From Escherichia phage 236Ecol005PP: a DNA stretch of 64,000 nucleotides. Under the pieces are notes generated by a model that made no database searches, had not been told where the DNA came from, and saw only the letters and a program-made list of their open reading frames with translations. The stretch lies in the sequence record PP434423.1; one strand, given 5' to 3'. The position numbers and the translations under genes are program-made. This document shows positions 21,012 through 32,109 of the stretch, piece after piece (the first letter of the stretch is position 1; every line of letters begins with the position of its first letter).

Positions 21012-21874
21012 TAGAATGCTCCTTGAAAAATATTATCACCACTAGTAAGTCTATTAAAATACCCTGCGTCGCCAGGCTTAATATAACTCCACGTGTGGAA
21101 TGGATTCATATGATACGGGTGTGTATAATATGGATTATATGGATGTGTATAATATGGATGATATGGATTTAATCCAGGCGTTCTCCAGGTAGTGTTCCAA
21201 GGAAAAGAATCGTTTTTAACCATCTTCTCAATTACATCTTTTATAGCTTTTTCACTATCAAAACTTTCTTTATTTTCCTTTGGTGAAAAAAGCTTATTCT
21301 CTACATCGTTCCATGTATAAACTCGCTGTGCAGTTTTTGGAATATTGTCACGCTCTCCTCGCGCCATCCAATAAACAGGAACATTTAATATTTCATTCGC
21401 ATGATCGCAATGGTGAGCAAGATCGTCAATATAACAAATTACGTTATATTTCTCTTTTGCCTTTTTGAATAACTCTTCTTTTGAAGAATCATGACCACAC
21501 ATCATTACTTCTGAGAAGGCACCAGGAAAAAGAGCATTCAAATTAAATTGACGATTCAACAGAGCGTCAATAGAATCACCCAATGCTGTAACAGCTACAA
21601 AATTATAATCTTCTTTTAATTTGTTAATTACACACAGAGCATCTTTATACGGAGACAAGTAACGAATAAAATCTGAACGATTGTATTTTTCAATTAACTT
21701 GACGCCAAGTTCTTCATCACAATTAAATAGTTTACCTGGAGAAATAAATTTCTCATCTTGGATCATTTTTAAAATATGTTCTAACGGAAGATTATATTTC
21801 TGAGCAAAATAAGGAAGGCCTGATTGCCAGCTTAAACATACTCCATCAATATCAGTCAAAATAGTTGGCTTCAT
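21011..21874 (-). CDS. 30.2: HAD-superfamily hydrolase-like protein (nucleotidase-like)
   Basis: N-terminal DIDGV motif; C-terminal tyrosine/proline-rich short repeat. Confidence 0.6.
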   Translation of the reverse strand: MKPTILTDIDGVCLSWQSGLPYFAQKYNLPLEHILKMIQDEKFISPGKLFNCDEELGVKLIEKYNRSDFIRYLSPYKDALCVINKLKEDYNFVAVTALGDSIDALLNRQFNLNALFPGAFSEVMMCGHDSSKEELFKKAKEKYNVICYIDDLAHHCDHANEILNVPVYWMARGERDNIPKTAQRVYTWNDVENKLFSPKENKESFDSEKAIKDVIEKMVKNDSFPWNTTWRTPGLNPYHPYYTHPYNPYYTHPYHMNPFHTWSYIKPGDAGYFNRLTSGDNIFQGAF

Positions 21875-22335
21875 AGAGAGTCTCTTAATAGGTTTAACAC
21901 ATCAATAAATTCAGCTTCGGTTAGTATTGTATCATCTTTTGTTAGACCACTAGCCATGCTGTGCTTCAAAACTTTTCCTTTCGAGGCTTGTAATGCATCG
22001 CGAAAGCCCTTGTTTTGGAACGCTGCTTCAAAATATGCATTTGTGTATAATTCTTTCCACGCCGGAGAGTATCTTGAAAACGGAACTCCAAGCCAAAAGA
22101 GGGTCCCACGGTCCTGAGCTCTAGCATAAGACCTTCCAGCTTGTTGGGCGGCAAGCCCGGATAACCCAAATATACGACGCTGTTGTTCAACATTTTTCAC
22201 CTTGCATCCTTGGAGGAATCCTTCGAGACCTCCAAATTGAATACCATCCATAACGAAAGGCCATTGGGCGAAATTACTTAATGCGCATGATGGCCATCTA
22301 AAATTGCTTCTTATCTCTAACTCAGACATTTTCAA
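21871..22335 (-). CDS. 30.3: NADAR (YbiA-like) domain protein
   Basis: SNFAQWPF...DG...EGFLQGCK pattern matching the NADAR signature. Confidence 0.6.
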   Translation of the reverse strand: MKMSELEIRSNFRWPSCALSNFAQWPFVMDGIQFGGLEGFLQGCKVKNVEQQRRIFGLSGLAAQQAGRSYARAQDRGTLFWLGVPFSRYSPAWKELYTNAYFEAAFQNKGFRDALQASKGKVLKHSMASGLTKDDTILTEAEFIDVLNLLRDSL

Positions 22336-22528
22336 TACTTATAATTTCAACATCAGCCCAATGACCATAGCAAGGAAGACGAAATTCAACTGGCCAGTTA
22401 GGGTCCTTTTCTAATATAATAGACTGAACTTGTGGCTCTTCATGTTCATCGGTATACGGACCTTTATACGTTACTTTATATGTGACCTTAATGTACTGAA
22501 TTCCAAAAATCTTATTAATTATATTCAT
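22322..22528 (-). CDS. 30.4: hypothetical protein
   Basis: 68-aa ORF, synteny. Confidence 0.5.
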   Translation of the reverse strand: MNIINKIFGIQYIKVTYKVTYKGPYTDEHEEPQVQSIILEKDPNWPVEFRLPCYGHWADVEIISIENV

Positions 22529-22722
22529 ATTAATTCCTTTAATCCATAGATAGGAGATAATTCATCACCCATACGAAGGTCTTCATTTCCATCTACCCAG
22601 GAAACAATATAAGCCTCTTTTATTTGAATACCACTCCATTTAAATGGAGGTAGAACCTTAGAAATTAATCCAGGTATACCAACTCCCTTTAATTCAACAG
22701 TTTGACCCGAAAAGAATTTCAT
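22525..22722 (-). CDS. 30.5: hypothetical protein
   Basis: 65-aa ORF, overlapping start/stop. Confidence 0.5.
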   Translation of the reverse strand: MKFFSGQTVELKGVGIPGLISKVLPPFKWSGIQIKEAYIVSWVDGNEDLRMGDELSPIYGLKELI

Positions 22723-23009
22723 TAGAACCTCATCTGAAAACCATGCGATTTAACATTACCGCCGCCAATATCAGAAATGTTAATTTCGCGCGCAATTGAA
22801 GGGTCAATGTCAATTTCACGATTGAGTTTAGTGATAGCTAAAGTATCGCGTCCATTTACAGTACGGAACTCTAAAGGGCAGACTACATTAACGTAGTTTT
22901 TAATCGATTCACTGATAGGTTGCAAATGAGCAGGAAGGTCTTTAGGTGCCTTAGAGAAAACCACTTCACAGAAATTTTTGCGGGTATCAAAATAAGTAGT
23001 CATAAACAT
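22722..23009 (-). CDS. 30.6: hypothetical protein
   Basis: 95-aa ORF. Confidence 0.55.
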   Translation of the reverse strand: MFMTTYFDTRKNFCEVVFSKAPKDLPAHLQPISESIKNYVNVVCPLEFRTVNGRDTLAITKLNREIDIDPSIAREINISDIGGGNVKSHGFQMRF

Positions 23010-23050
23010 AGTATTTTCCTCAGTAAGGGGCCGAAGCCCCTCATTTTATT

Positions 23051-23416
23051 TTAAATATCAAATTCGTTAAGAACTACATCAAAGATCGCTTCAAGATGCT
23101 CAGGTTTAGCTCTGTTACTCAGAATATGACGAATCCAAGTTTTAACCAGAAGCTTACGATTGACGCCATTCCAGCAAGGATGAGTCCCTAAATCACGTTG
23201 ACGGAAATCATCATCTAATGCGATTTTAAAAGAAGAACCTTCTTTCGTGATTGAAACCGTGATGCCATTTTCAAATCGCATATAAACGTAATTAGGAGTC
23301 ATATACTGTTCAATTTCGCATACTGATCCATTTTGATGTTTCCAAAGGCAGATAGTATCAATAGAACCTGCAATACCGTTAGAAACATATTTACGTTCAA
23401 AGTTGATGTAGTTCAT
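23051..23416 (-). CDS. 30.7: hypothetical protein
   Basis: 121-aa ORF downstream of early promoter. Confidence 0.55.
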   Translation of the reverse strand: MNYINFERKYVSNGIAGSIDTICLWKHQNGSVCEIEQYMTPNYVYMRFENGITVSITKEGSSFKIALDDDFRQRDLGTHPCWNGVNRKLLVKTWIRHILSNRAKPEHLEAIFDVVLNEFDI

Positions 23417-23453
23417 TTTTATTCTCCGAGATGTTTAATTGCGGTACAGGTAT

Positions 23454-23482
23454 ATAATATCATATCCTGTACCAAAGTAAAC
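23454..23482 (-). promoter_or_regulatory. T4-type early promoter
   Basis: GTTTACT, 16-17 nt, TGaTATTAT on minus strand. Confidence 0.5.
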
Positions 23483-23484
23483 AA

Positions 23485-23817
23485 TTATTTTACTACTTTC
23501 CATTGCTGCATGTCAAGTTTACCAACTTTTTTCATCTTCTCAATTAAGCGTTCGACACGTTGGCGAGCTGTAACATAATACCATTCACCCAATTCATTTT
23601 GTTCAATTTTTCCAACGATTACTGTATTCAATTCATAAATCCAACCAGTAAAGAAATTATGAACTTGAATTGTAAAGGTGAAATCTGTTCCCATACCTTC
23701 TGTTGTTTCTACTTCAATAATATCACCTTCAACTGCCATTAAGAACCACATAGTTTCATCATATTTACCATTGAAGCATTTAATTTTAACTGTAGCGTTC
23801 AGATTAATCGTTTTCAT
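23485..23817 (-). CDS. 30.8: hypothetical protein
   Basis: 110-aa ORF. Confidence 0.55.
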   Translation of the reverse strand: MKTINLNATVKIKCFNGKYDETMWFLMAVEGDIIEVETTEGMGTDFTFTIQVHNFFTGWIYELNTVIVGKIEQNELGEWYYVTARQRVERLIEKMKKVGKLDMQQWKVVK

Positions 23818-23844
23818 TTTATTCTCCTTTGTTTGTGTAAGATA

Positions 23845-23874
23845 ATACTATTACAAAGGAACCATACTGTAAAC
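23845..23874 (-). promoter_or_regulatory. T4-type early promoter
   Basis: GTTTACA, 17 nt, TAGTAT. Confidence 0.4.
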
Positions 23875-23893
23875 AACTTTGTGCAATCTTTGG

Positions 23894-23923
23894 AAAATAA
23901 AAAAGGACTCCCGAAGGAGTCCT
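23894..23923 (-). terminator. intrinsic terminator after 30.9
   Basis: AGGACTCC-TTCG-GGAGTCCT hairpin followed by T-run on minus strand. Confidence 0.6.
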
Positions 23924-23927
23924 CAAC

Positions 23928-24104
23928 TTATGCTTTCTGCTTACCAAAACGAGAAGCATCATCTCGAAGAACCGCACGTGCTCGGCGCATGATCTTCTCA
24001 ACAGTTTGATTGATACGAGAGTTCGACCCACGCTTGTAACCAGCGCGTTTAGAATCACCAACTTTCTTTTCAACTGCTTTCTTTGCTTTAGCTTGTTTTG
24101 CCAT
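23928..24104 (-). CDS. 30.9: small basic protein
   Basis: ORF-track ORF trimmed to the ATG giving 58 aa (MAKQAKAKK...). Confidence 0.5.
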   Translation of the reverse strand: MAKQAKAKKAVEKKVGDSKRAGYKRGSNSRINQTVEKIMRRARAVLRDDASRFGKQKA

Positions 24105-24500
24105 TATAAATTCTCTTTTAAATGAAAATGCAGGACTTATTGGCATTGCCTGCGCAAGCCCTCAAGGGGAACATAGGTTTTGGATATTTAACGACAGGAT
24201 AACCATAAACCCGTCATCATACCTTATAGCTCTTATCTGTTGCACACCGTTAGCTTAAAGGTTCCGGGTCCGATTTCTCGAGGATAAGATATATACTGAT
24301 GGATATATAGGCCTTGAGGCGTACTCCCGATTGGCCATCACCTCGGGGTAGCATGCACTTGCCGCTATAAGAATAACATTCAAGAGGTACACCGTAAAAC
24401 TGCCGGGGTCTTAAAACTATAATGATTCGCAAATCATTAATCAGACAGTTCGACGGCTCCTCGATTTTAGCTCACACTAAGGCAGTGACTCTCCAATAAA

Positions 24501-24749
24501 TTACTTCAGTGTTACCACAAAGTGACGAACTGCTTTTCGTGCGGCAGAAGCCAGAGGCTTAGCATACTTAAGTTCATCTTTTTCCTGGAGCTCAGCGGCT
24601 AATGCAGTTTGAGCAGGATTCAGATGTTTGAAATAACGCAGGATTTCAAGAGCTTCGGCTTCAACATCAATAGATGCGCCATAGTTTTCGTGACCATTAT
24701 TCCATGCGTTTCGTTGCAGTTCAAGAGCGTGTTGTAATTGTTTAATCAT
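24501..24749 (-). CDS. rIII: rIII lysis-inhibition accessory protein
   Basis: 82-aa ORF, T4 rIII length and synteny next to gene 31. Confidence 0.85.
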   Translation of the reverse strand: MIKQLQHALELQRNAWNNGHENYGASIDVEAEALEILRYFKHLNPAQTALAAELQEKDELKYAKPLASAARKAVRHFVVTLK

Positions 24750-24888
24750 TTAAAAATTCTCGTTAGAGATTAAAACTCGGTAGTCACGTTCTTCTGAATT
24801 TCATCTTCTTTCGACAGATCTCTCAGTTGTAGACTACCACATAGAATTGTTCGGTTAACTTATTATTCCGACACCCAATTCATATTAT

Positions 24889-24896
24889 TATTTATA
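24889..24896 (-). promoter_or_regulatory. late promoter TATAAATA upstream of rIII
   Basis: exact motif on minus strand just downstream of gene 31 stop. Confidence 0.5.
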
Positions 24897-25232
24897 TCAC
24901 TTATAAAGACACGGAATAGCTTTATAGTGACAGGTAACAAATTTTTGTTTAATTTCTTTTGGCTGCTTAAGACCCAGAGCTACAAAAGGATGAGGAACAT
25001 TTCGAATTTGACCAACTGGAAGAGAAGTCAAATCACCAACTTCGCAGAAACCTTCAGGAACATCAGGACCAACAGAGTGAACTACACACAGTTCAGGAAC
25101 TTCACCTTGGACACGTTTACCGATAATAAGTCCTGATTCTGTAACTTCTTCATCGCCGGCTTGTGCAGGTTCAGAAACTAAAATAACATATTCACCGACA
25201 GCACGAATTGGTAGCTGTTGTACTTCAGACAT
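24897..25232 (-). CDS. 31: gp31 co-chaperonin (GroES-like)
   Basis: 111-aa ORF, synteny. Confidence 0.9.
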
Positions 25233-25288
25233 CGTTTTTCCTTTTTGTTAACAGATGAATTAATAATAACAAATAATTCTTAAAGCAT

Positions 25289-25597
25289 TTATTTACCAAT
25301 AAATTGAAGCAAATGCTCAACTTTCATACCATTAACGGAAATCAATTTGTCAATAGAAAAACCTCGCCATGCACCTAGTTCAACATCAAATACTGGAATC
25401 ATATCAGTAGATTCTTTCCGAGTAGATTCAGTCAATTTACCGGTTTGCATGGTTGGCATAAAGTCAGCATCACGAGTGCCTTTCATAGTACGAATAGTAC
25501 CATCAGACTTTTCAAAAACCACGTTTGAAATACCCATGGACAATTTAGTTTTCAAAATTTCACGAATTGCTACTTTCTGTTCAGTTGTCAGTTTCAT
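25289..25597 (-). CDS. 31.1: hypothetical protein
   Basis: 102-aa ORF. Confidence 0.55.
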   Translation of the reverse strand: MKLTTEQKVAIREILKTKLSMGISNVVFEKSDGTIRTMKGTRDADFMPTMQTGKLTESTRKESTDMIPVFDVELGAWRGFSIDKLISVNGMKVEHLLQFIGK

Positions 25598-25834
25598 TTA
25601 TTTACCTATCACAGTTTTAATATGAGTTGTTCCACGTTCTTTAAGAGTGGAAAGCAATTTTTGGCATTTTTCTAAATCAGATTTCCAACTATACGGTCTA
25701 TCAATACAAACCCAGTTTGACTTATAATACTGCTTCCATTTAGAGAAAAAATATTTCTTATACTCTACAGCAAATGAAATGTTCTCGTTGGAATAAGAAC
25801 TAATTGCTGTGAGTTGTACCAAACGAAATTTCAT
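25598..25834 (-). CDS. 31.2: hypothetical protein
   Basis: 78-aa ORF. Confidence 0.5.
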   Translation of the reverse strand: MKFRLVQLTAISSYSNENISFAVEYKKYFFSKWKQYYKSNWVCIDRPYSWKSDLEKCQKLLSTLKERGTTHIKTVIGK

Positions 25835-26415
25835 TATTCACCACAGAATTCGTTGATATTTTCCCAGTTTAACTTATTCAAGTTTTTCTTAGGAACATTA
25901 AACACTTCAATACCTGCATTTCGCAGAATATCATCCCAGCCAGGTTTATTTTTATCGTATGTTTCGCAATAAACTAGCTTTTTAATACCAGATTGAGCTA
26001 TCGCTTTTGCACAATCCGGACAAGGAGAAAGTGTTACATACATAGTAGCACCTTCAATTGAAGAACCGTTTCGTGCAGCAAACAAAATCGCATTTAGTTC
26101 AGCATGAATTTCATTTTTAGACGACCATTCAGAGTGAGCGCTACGGTGTTCTTTCGCCAAGACAAAGCGATCAGTTGAACCAAACGATACACATTCAGGC
26201 TTATGACCTTGAATGATAGTATGTTTAGGCTTATTCAGCAACCAGCCTTGTTCAGCAGCATAATCACAGCAATTCACACCACCTGCTGGAGAACCGTTAT
26301 ATCCGGTAGAAATAATACGTCCATTCTTTTCAATTACTGCTCCTACCTTCCAGGAGCAACATTTGGATTCTTGTGATACTAAATATGCAATTTGAAGTAC
26401 TGTACTCGCTTTCAT
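25834..26415 (-). CDS. cd: dCMP deaminase
   Basis: 193-aa ORF with zinc-binding HAE...PCxxC deaminase motifs. Confidence 0.9.
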   Translation of the reverse strand: MKASTVLQIAYLVSQESKCCSWKVGAVIEKNGRIISTGYNGSPAGGVNCCDYAAEQGWLLNKPKHTIIQGHKPECVSFGSTDRFVLAKEHRSAHSEWSSKNEIHAELNAILFAARNGSSIEGATMYVTLSPCPDCAKAIAQSGIKKLVYCETYDKNKPGWDDILRNAGIEVFNVPKKNLNKLNWENINEFCGE

Positions 26416-26750
26416 TTCATAATCACCAGATAAGCAGATTTAGCAGTTTCAACACGATAAATTTCGTGACGAAGTTTAGTTATACTTTTAATAACAGAAC
26501 TAATTATATTCTGCCCATCTTTAAAGCGGTTTTTCTTATCAATAAAAATTGCACCAGCCATCTTTTTGTGAAGCTCAACTGGATACTTCGTCACAATAAT
26601 AGCATCATACACAGAAGGATGAATACTATTCACTAGAGTATCATTCATTAAAGTTATTCTAATGAACTGTGCTGTTTCAGAATCAAGCGCTCTATGATCG
26701 CCAGTATCATTTTCAAGACAATTATCAATTATATCAGTTAAATTCATCAT
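26412..26750 (-). CDS. cd.1: hypothetical protein
   Basis: 112-aa ORF. Confidence 0.5.
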   Translation of the reverse strand: MMNLTDIIDNCLENDTGDHRALDSETAQFIRITLMNDTLVNSIHPSVYDAIIVTKYPVELHKKMAGAIFIDKKNRFKDGQNIISSVIKSITKLRHEIYRVETAKSAYLVIMK

Positions 26751-26983
26751 AGTACGCCATACACCCTTTGTGCTTCAACTAATCCATCAAAATCCAGTTT
26801 GAGATGTGTTATTTGGTCACCATCACTTGGATTCACAATTACTAATACTGAACGAGGAGTTTCGGTAATAACACGAACCGATGTTTCAGGAAATCGTTCA
26901 GAAACTTTATTTACCAATTCCTGAGCAAATAGTTTAACTTTTTCTTGGAATTCTTTAACAGTAATTGGTTTTTCACTTAGCAT
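26747..26983 (-). CDS. cd.2: hypothetical protein
   Basis: 78-aa ORF. Confidence 0.5.
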   Translation of the reverse strand: MLSEKPITVKEFQEKVKLFAQELVNKVSERFPETSVRVITETPRSVLVIVNPSDGDQITHLKLDFDGLVEAQRVYGVL

Positions 26984-27013
26984 TTCAATTTCCTCATTTG
27001 TTTTGGTAAAGCT

Positions 27014-27043
27014 ATAATATCACAACTCTACCGTAAAGTAAAC
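27014..27043 (-). promoter_or_regulatory. T4-type early promoter
   Basis: GTTTACT, 17 nt, TGaTATTAT. Confidence 0.5.
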
Positions 27044-27045
27044 TG

Positions 27046-27321
27046 TTAAATTGCCTTGAATTCTGATGTCTGTGATTCAAAGCGAATATCGCCTTTGATG
27101 ACTAGCTCAGCACCAAGACCGAATACGACAATGATATGTGCGGAACCTGGATACAGCGTAATGGCAATAGAATCAACCTGGTCTGGAAGCAAAGTATTCA
27201 ATACATGAGTCACTTGAGCATGAATTCGAAGCTCGGCTGCGTTATCAAGCTTTTCAAACATATTATTAGCAATAATTTGGCTAAACACTACTTCTACGAT
27301 TTTAGAATAAGTTGGAAACAT
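27046..27321 (-). CDS. cd.3: hypothetical protein
   Basis: 91-aa ORF. Confidence 0.5.
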   Translation of the reverse strand: MFPTYSKIVEVVFSQIIANNMFEKLDNAAELRIHAQVTHVLNTLLPDQVDSIAITLYPGSAHIIVVFGLGAELVIKGDIRFESQTSEFKAI

Positions 27322-27323
27322 AT

Positions 27324-27524
27324 TTACCTCACATAATTTTCTTCAAGCCAATCAATAACATCCAACGCATTATCAAAAGTTGAACCATCTACTTTATCTT
27401 CTGTTTCATAATCAAGAACATCTAAGCCTACTCTTCCATCAACAATAGGCCATAAACAAAATAGATATTTCTTTTCTTTTTCAATTTTATCACAAAGTCG
27501 ATAAATCTTTTCTATGTTATTCAT
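27324..27524 (-). CDS. cd.4: hypothetical protein
   Basis: 66-aa ORF. Confidence 0.5.
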   Translation of the reverse strand: MNNIEKIYRLCDKIEKEKKYLFCLWPIVDGRVGLDVLDYETEDKVDGSTFDNALDVIDWLEENYVR

Positions 27525-27713
27525 AAGTTTTCCATGGTAAAGGCAGTTTAGTTTTCTTTACTGTTAGTTCAACATCAGGATTCTTTTCTCTTAATTTAAG
27601 GCATTCCTCCCAAGCTCTGATTTCACTAGTGAATATACAAAATTGCCCATTACTAGTACCAACTAAACCACTATTTACAATAACAATAGCCCAAGTTTCA
27701 TGATGCCACGCCA

Positions 27714-27714
<1 letters not shown>
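27517..27714 (-). CDS. cd.5: hypothetical protein
   Basis: 65-aa ORF. Confidence 0.5.
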
Positions 27715-29058
<1,344 letters not shown>

Positions 29059-29062
<4 letters not shown>

Positions 29063-29295
29063 TTATTTTTCTCAACTAATGATTGAATATAATCATGCAG
29101 GTCTTTAGATGCTTTACCCCACTTATTTTGATATTCATTTTTAAGATTAGCACGTGATTGAGCTAATAAAACATCATTGGTTGGAGGTAAAGATTCTAAT
29201 CGTTGAATCTGGCGTCCATAAATCATTGCAGCCATCTCGGATTCATAAATCAATCCTTTGAGATGTTCAAATTGATGCCATGAAATCATTTGCAT
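29059..29295 (-). CDS. hypothetical protein
   Basis: 78-aa ORF. Confidence 0.5.
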
Positions 29296-29585
29296 TTATC
29301 CTCTTTTAACTCTTGGCGATAATAACATATCATAGTTTTTTGGTCATGTACATATCGTTTTACATCATTAAGCCAAATACGAAATTCCTGGGAATCTTCG
29401 AATGGCATACCGACCCAAGCTTTACCATCAATAACTTTAACTTGCCAGGATAGTTTAGCTTCATCATATGACTTTATTTGCACGGGCCAATTAGGATGAA
29501 CTGTTTCTTTCTTTACTTCTAAAGGCTTTGTCGAACAACCAACTAGAAGACCAATAGATAATATTACTGCTGATAGTTTAATCAT
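29286..29585 (-). CDS. outer-membrane lipoprotein, o-spanin candidate
   Basis: signal peptide with lipobox LLVGC; small Cys-containing protein directly downstream of i-spanin-like gene. Confidence 0.6.
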   Translation of the reverse strand: MIKLSAVILSIGLLVGCSTKPLEVKKETVHPNWPVQIKSYDEAKLSWQVKVIDGKAWVGMPFEDSQEFRIWLNDVKRYVHDQKTMICYYRQELKEDKCK

Positions 29586-29935
29586 TTAGAAAGGTCCTGG
29601 ATGTCTTCTGCGAACTTGTTGAAGGAGTTGTTGATTTGTTTTTCAACCAATCCTGGCTTATGAGCCACCACATCCGCCTTCTTTGCGTCTTTGCGCAGTT
29701 TTTCATTTTCACGCTCAATAGCAGCAATTGCCTCACGATTTTTATTATTCATCGCATCAATATAATTATACTGAATTCGCAAATTATTTAATGCTAAAGC
29801 GTTTTCATTGGCCGTTTTTGTAATTTCTACAACAGACGTTTCTAATCTTTCAATTTTACTTTTTAAAATTAAAGAAGTTCCGCCCAATGCAATTACAATT
29901 AATAGCAAGCCTGCTGTCGTATTACTTAATTGCAT
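29582..29935 (-). CDS. i-spanin candidate (N-terminal TMD plus coiled coil)
   Basis: N-terminal hydrophobic helix then charged helical region; 4-nt overlap with the lipoprotein gene. Confidence 0.6.
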   Translation of the reverse strand: MQLSNTTAGLLLIVIALGGTSLILKSKIERLETSVVEITKTANENALALNNLRIQYNYIDAMNNKNREAIAAIERENEKLRKDAKKADVVAHKPGLVEKQINNSFNKFAEDIQDLSK

Positions 29936-30432
29936 AAAGTTTTAATAACCTCTATAATATCGTCTTGAGAAAGACCGTTAATTAAAATATGATGTTCAGC
30001 CGGAGATTTAGAAATTTTAAAGCATGCCTCAACATCTTCTGCCATATCTGATGCGCTACGATTTGGATTACTAATTCCAAGACGATGTTTTCCCGTCAAA
30101 GGATTAACGATGATATAGCATTTACAGTTATTAATATGAACATTAGGTTGAGTCTGATTAATGAACACATCACAATCATATTTCGCAAGCTGATTTTCTA
30201 AAAAGACTTTCATCTCCTCAACTGCATCAGGAAGCATATCACGGGCTTGCTCAAGACGACGATTTCGATATTCTTTAATGGTCGTTTTCCGCTTGACTTG
30301 CTTAGCTAAATCTTTCTTAAGATCGGTGATATATCCAACTCGACGATTTCCTTTAAACACAGAAATCCCATCTGTAGTATCACCGTATGCTTCAACGACC
30401 ATTTCAGTAGTAATAAGCTGTAAATCCATCAT
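29926..30432 (-). CDS. alc: Alc, host transcription termination/unfolding protein
   Basis: 167/168-aa ORF, synteny between spanins and rnlA. Confidence 0.8.
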   Translation of the reverse strand: MMDLQLITTEMVVEAYGDTTDGISVFKGNRRVGYITDLKKDLAKQVKRKTTIKEYRNRRLEQARDMLPDAVEEMKVFLENQLAKYDCDVFINQTQPNVHINNCKCYIIVNPLTGKHRLGISNPNRSASDMAEDVEACFKISKSPAEHHILINGLSQDDIIEVIKTLCN

Positions 30433-30437
30433 AAAGT

Positions 30438-30490
30438 CCTCATGTTATGTCAGTAAGACTACTGTAACACAACACGAGGGACTTGTAAAC
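30438..30490 (-). promoter_or_regulatory. early promoter with leader hairpin upstream of alc
   Basis: GTTTACA, 17 nt, TACAGT; 53-nt element about 94 percent identical to 16583-16635. Confidence 0.5.
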
Positions 30491-30493
30491 AGC

Positions 30494-32081
<1,588 letters not shown>

Positions 32082-32109
32082 AATAAAATGGGCCCTTGCG
32101 GCCCACTCC

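Noticed and set aside
24250-24432. 60-codon ORF inside the GC-rich island
   Set aside because: It starts with TTG, has no RBS, a low-complexity product and stops in all other frames; judged spurious.
24105-24500. tRNA or tmRNA gene in the GC-rich island
   Set aside because: No T-loop-like GTTCRANYC with flanking stems and no acceptor-stem/CCA arrangement were found by eye; left as an unclassified structured region.
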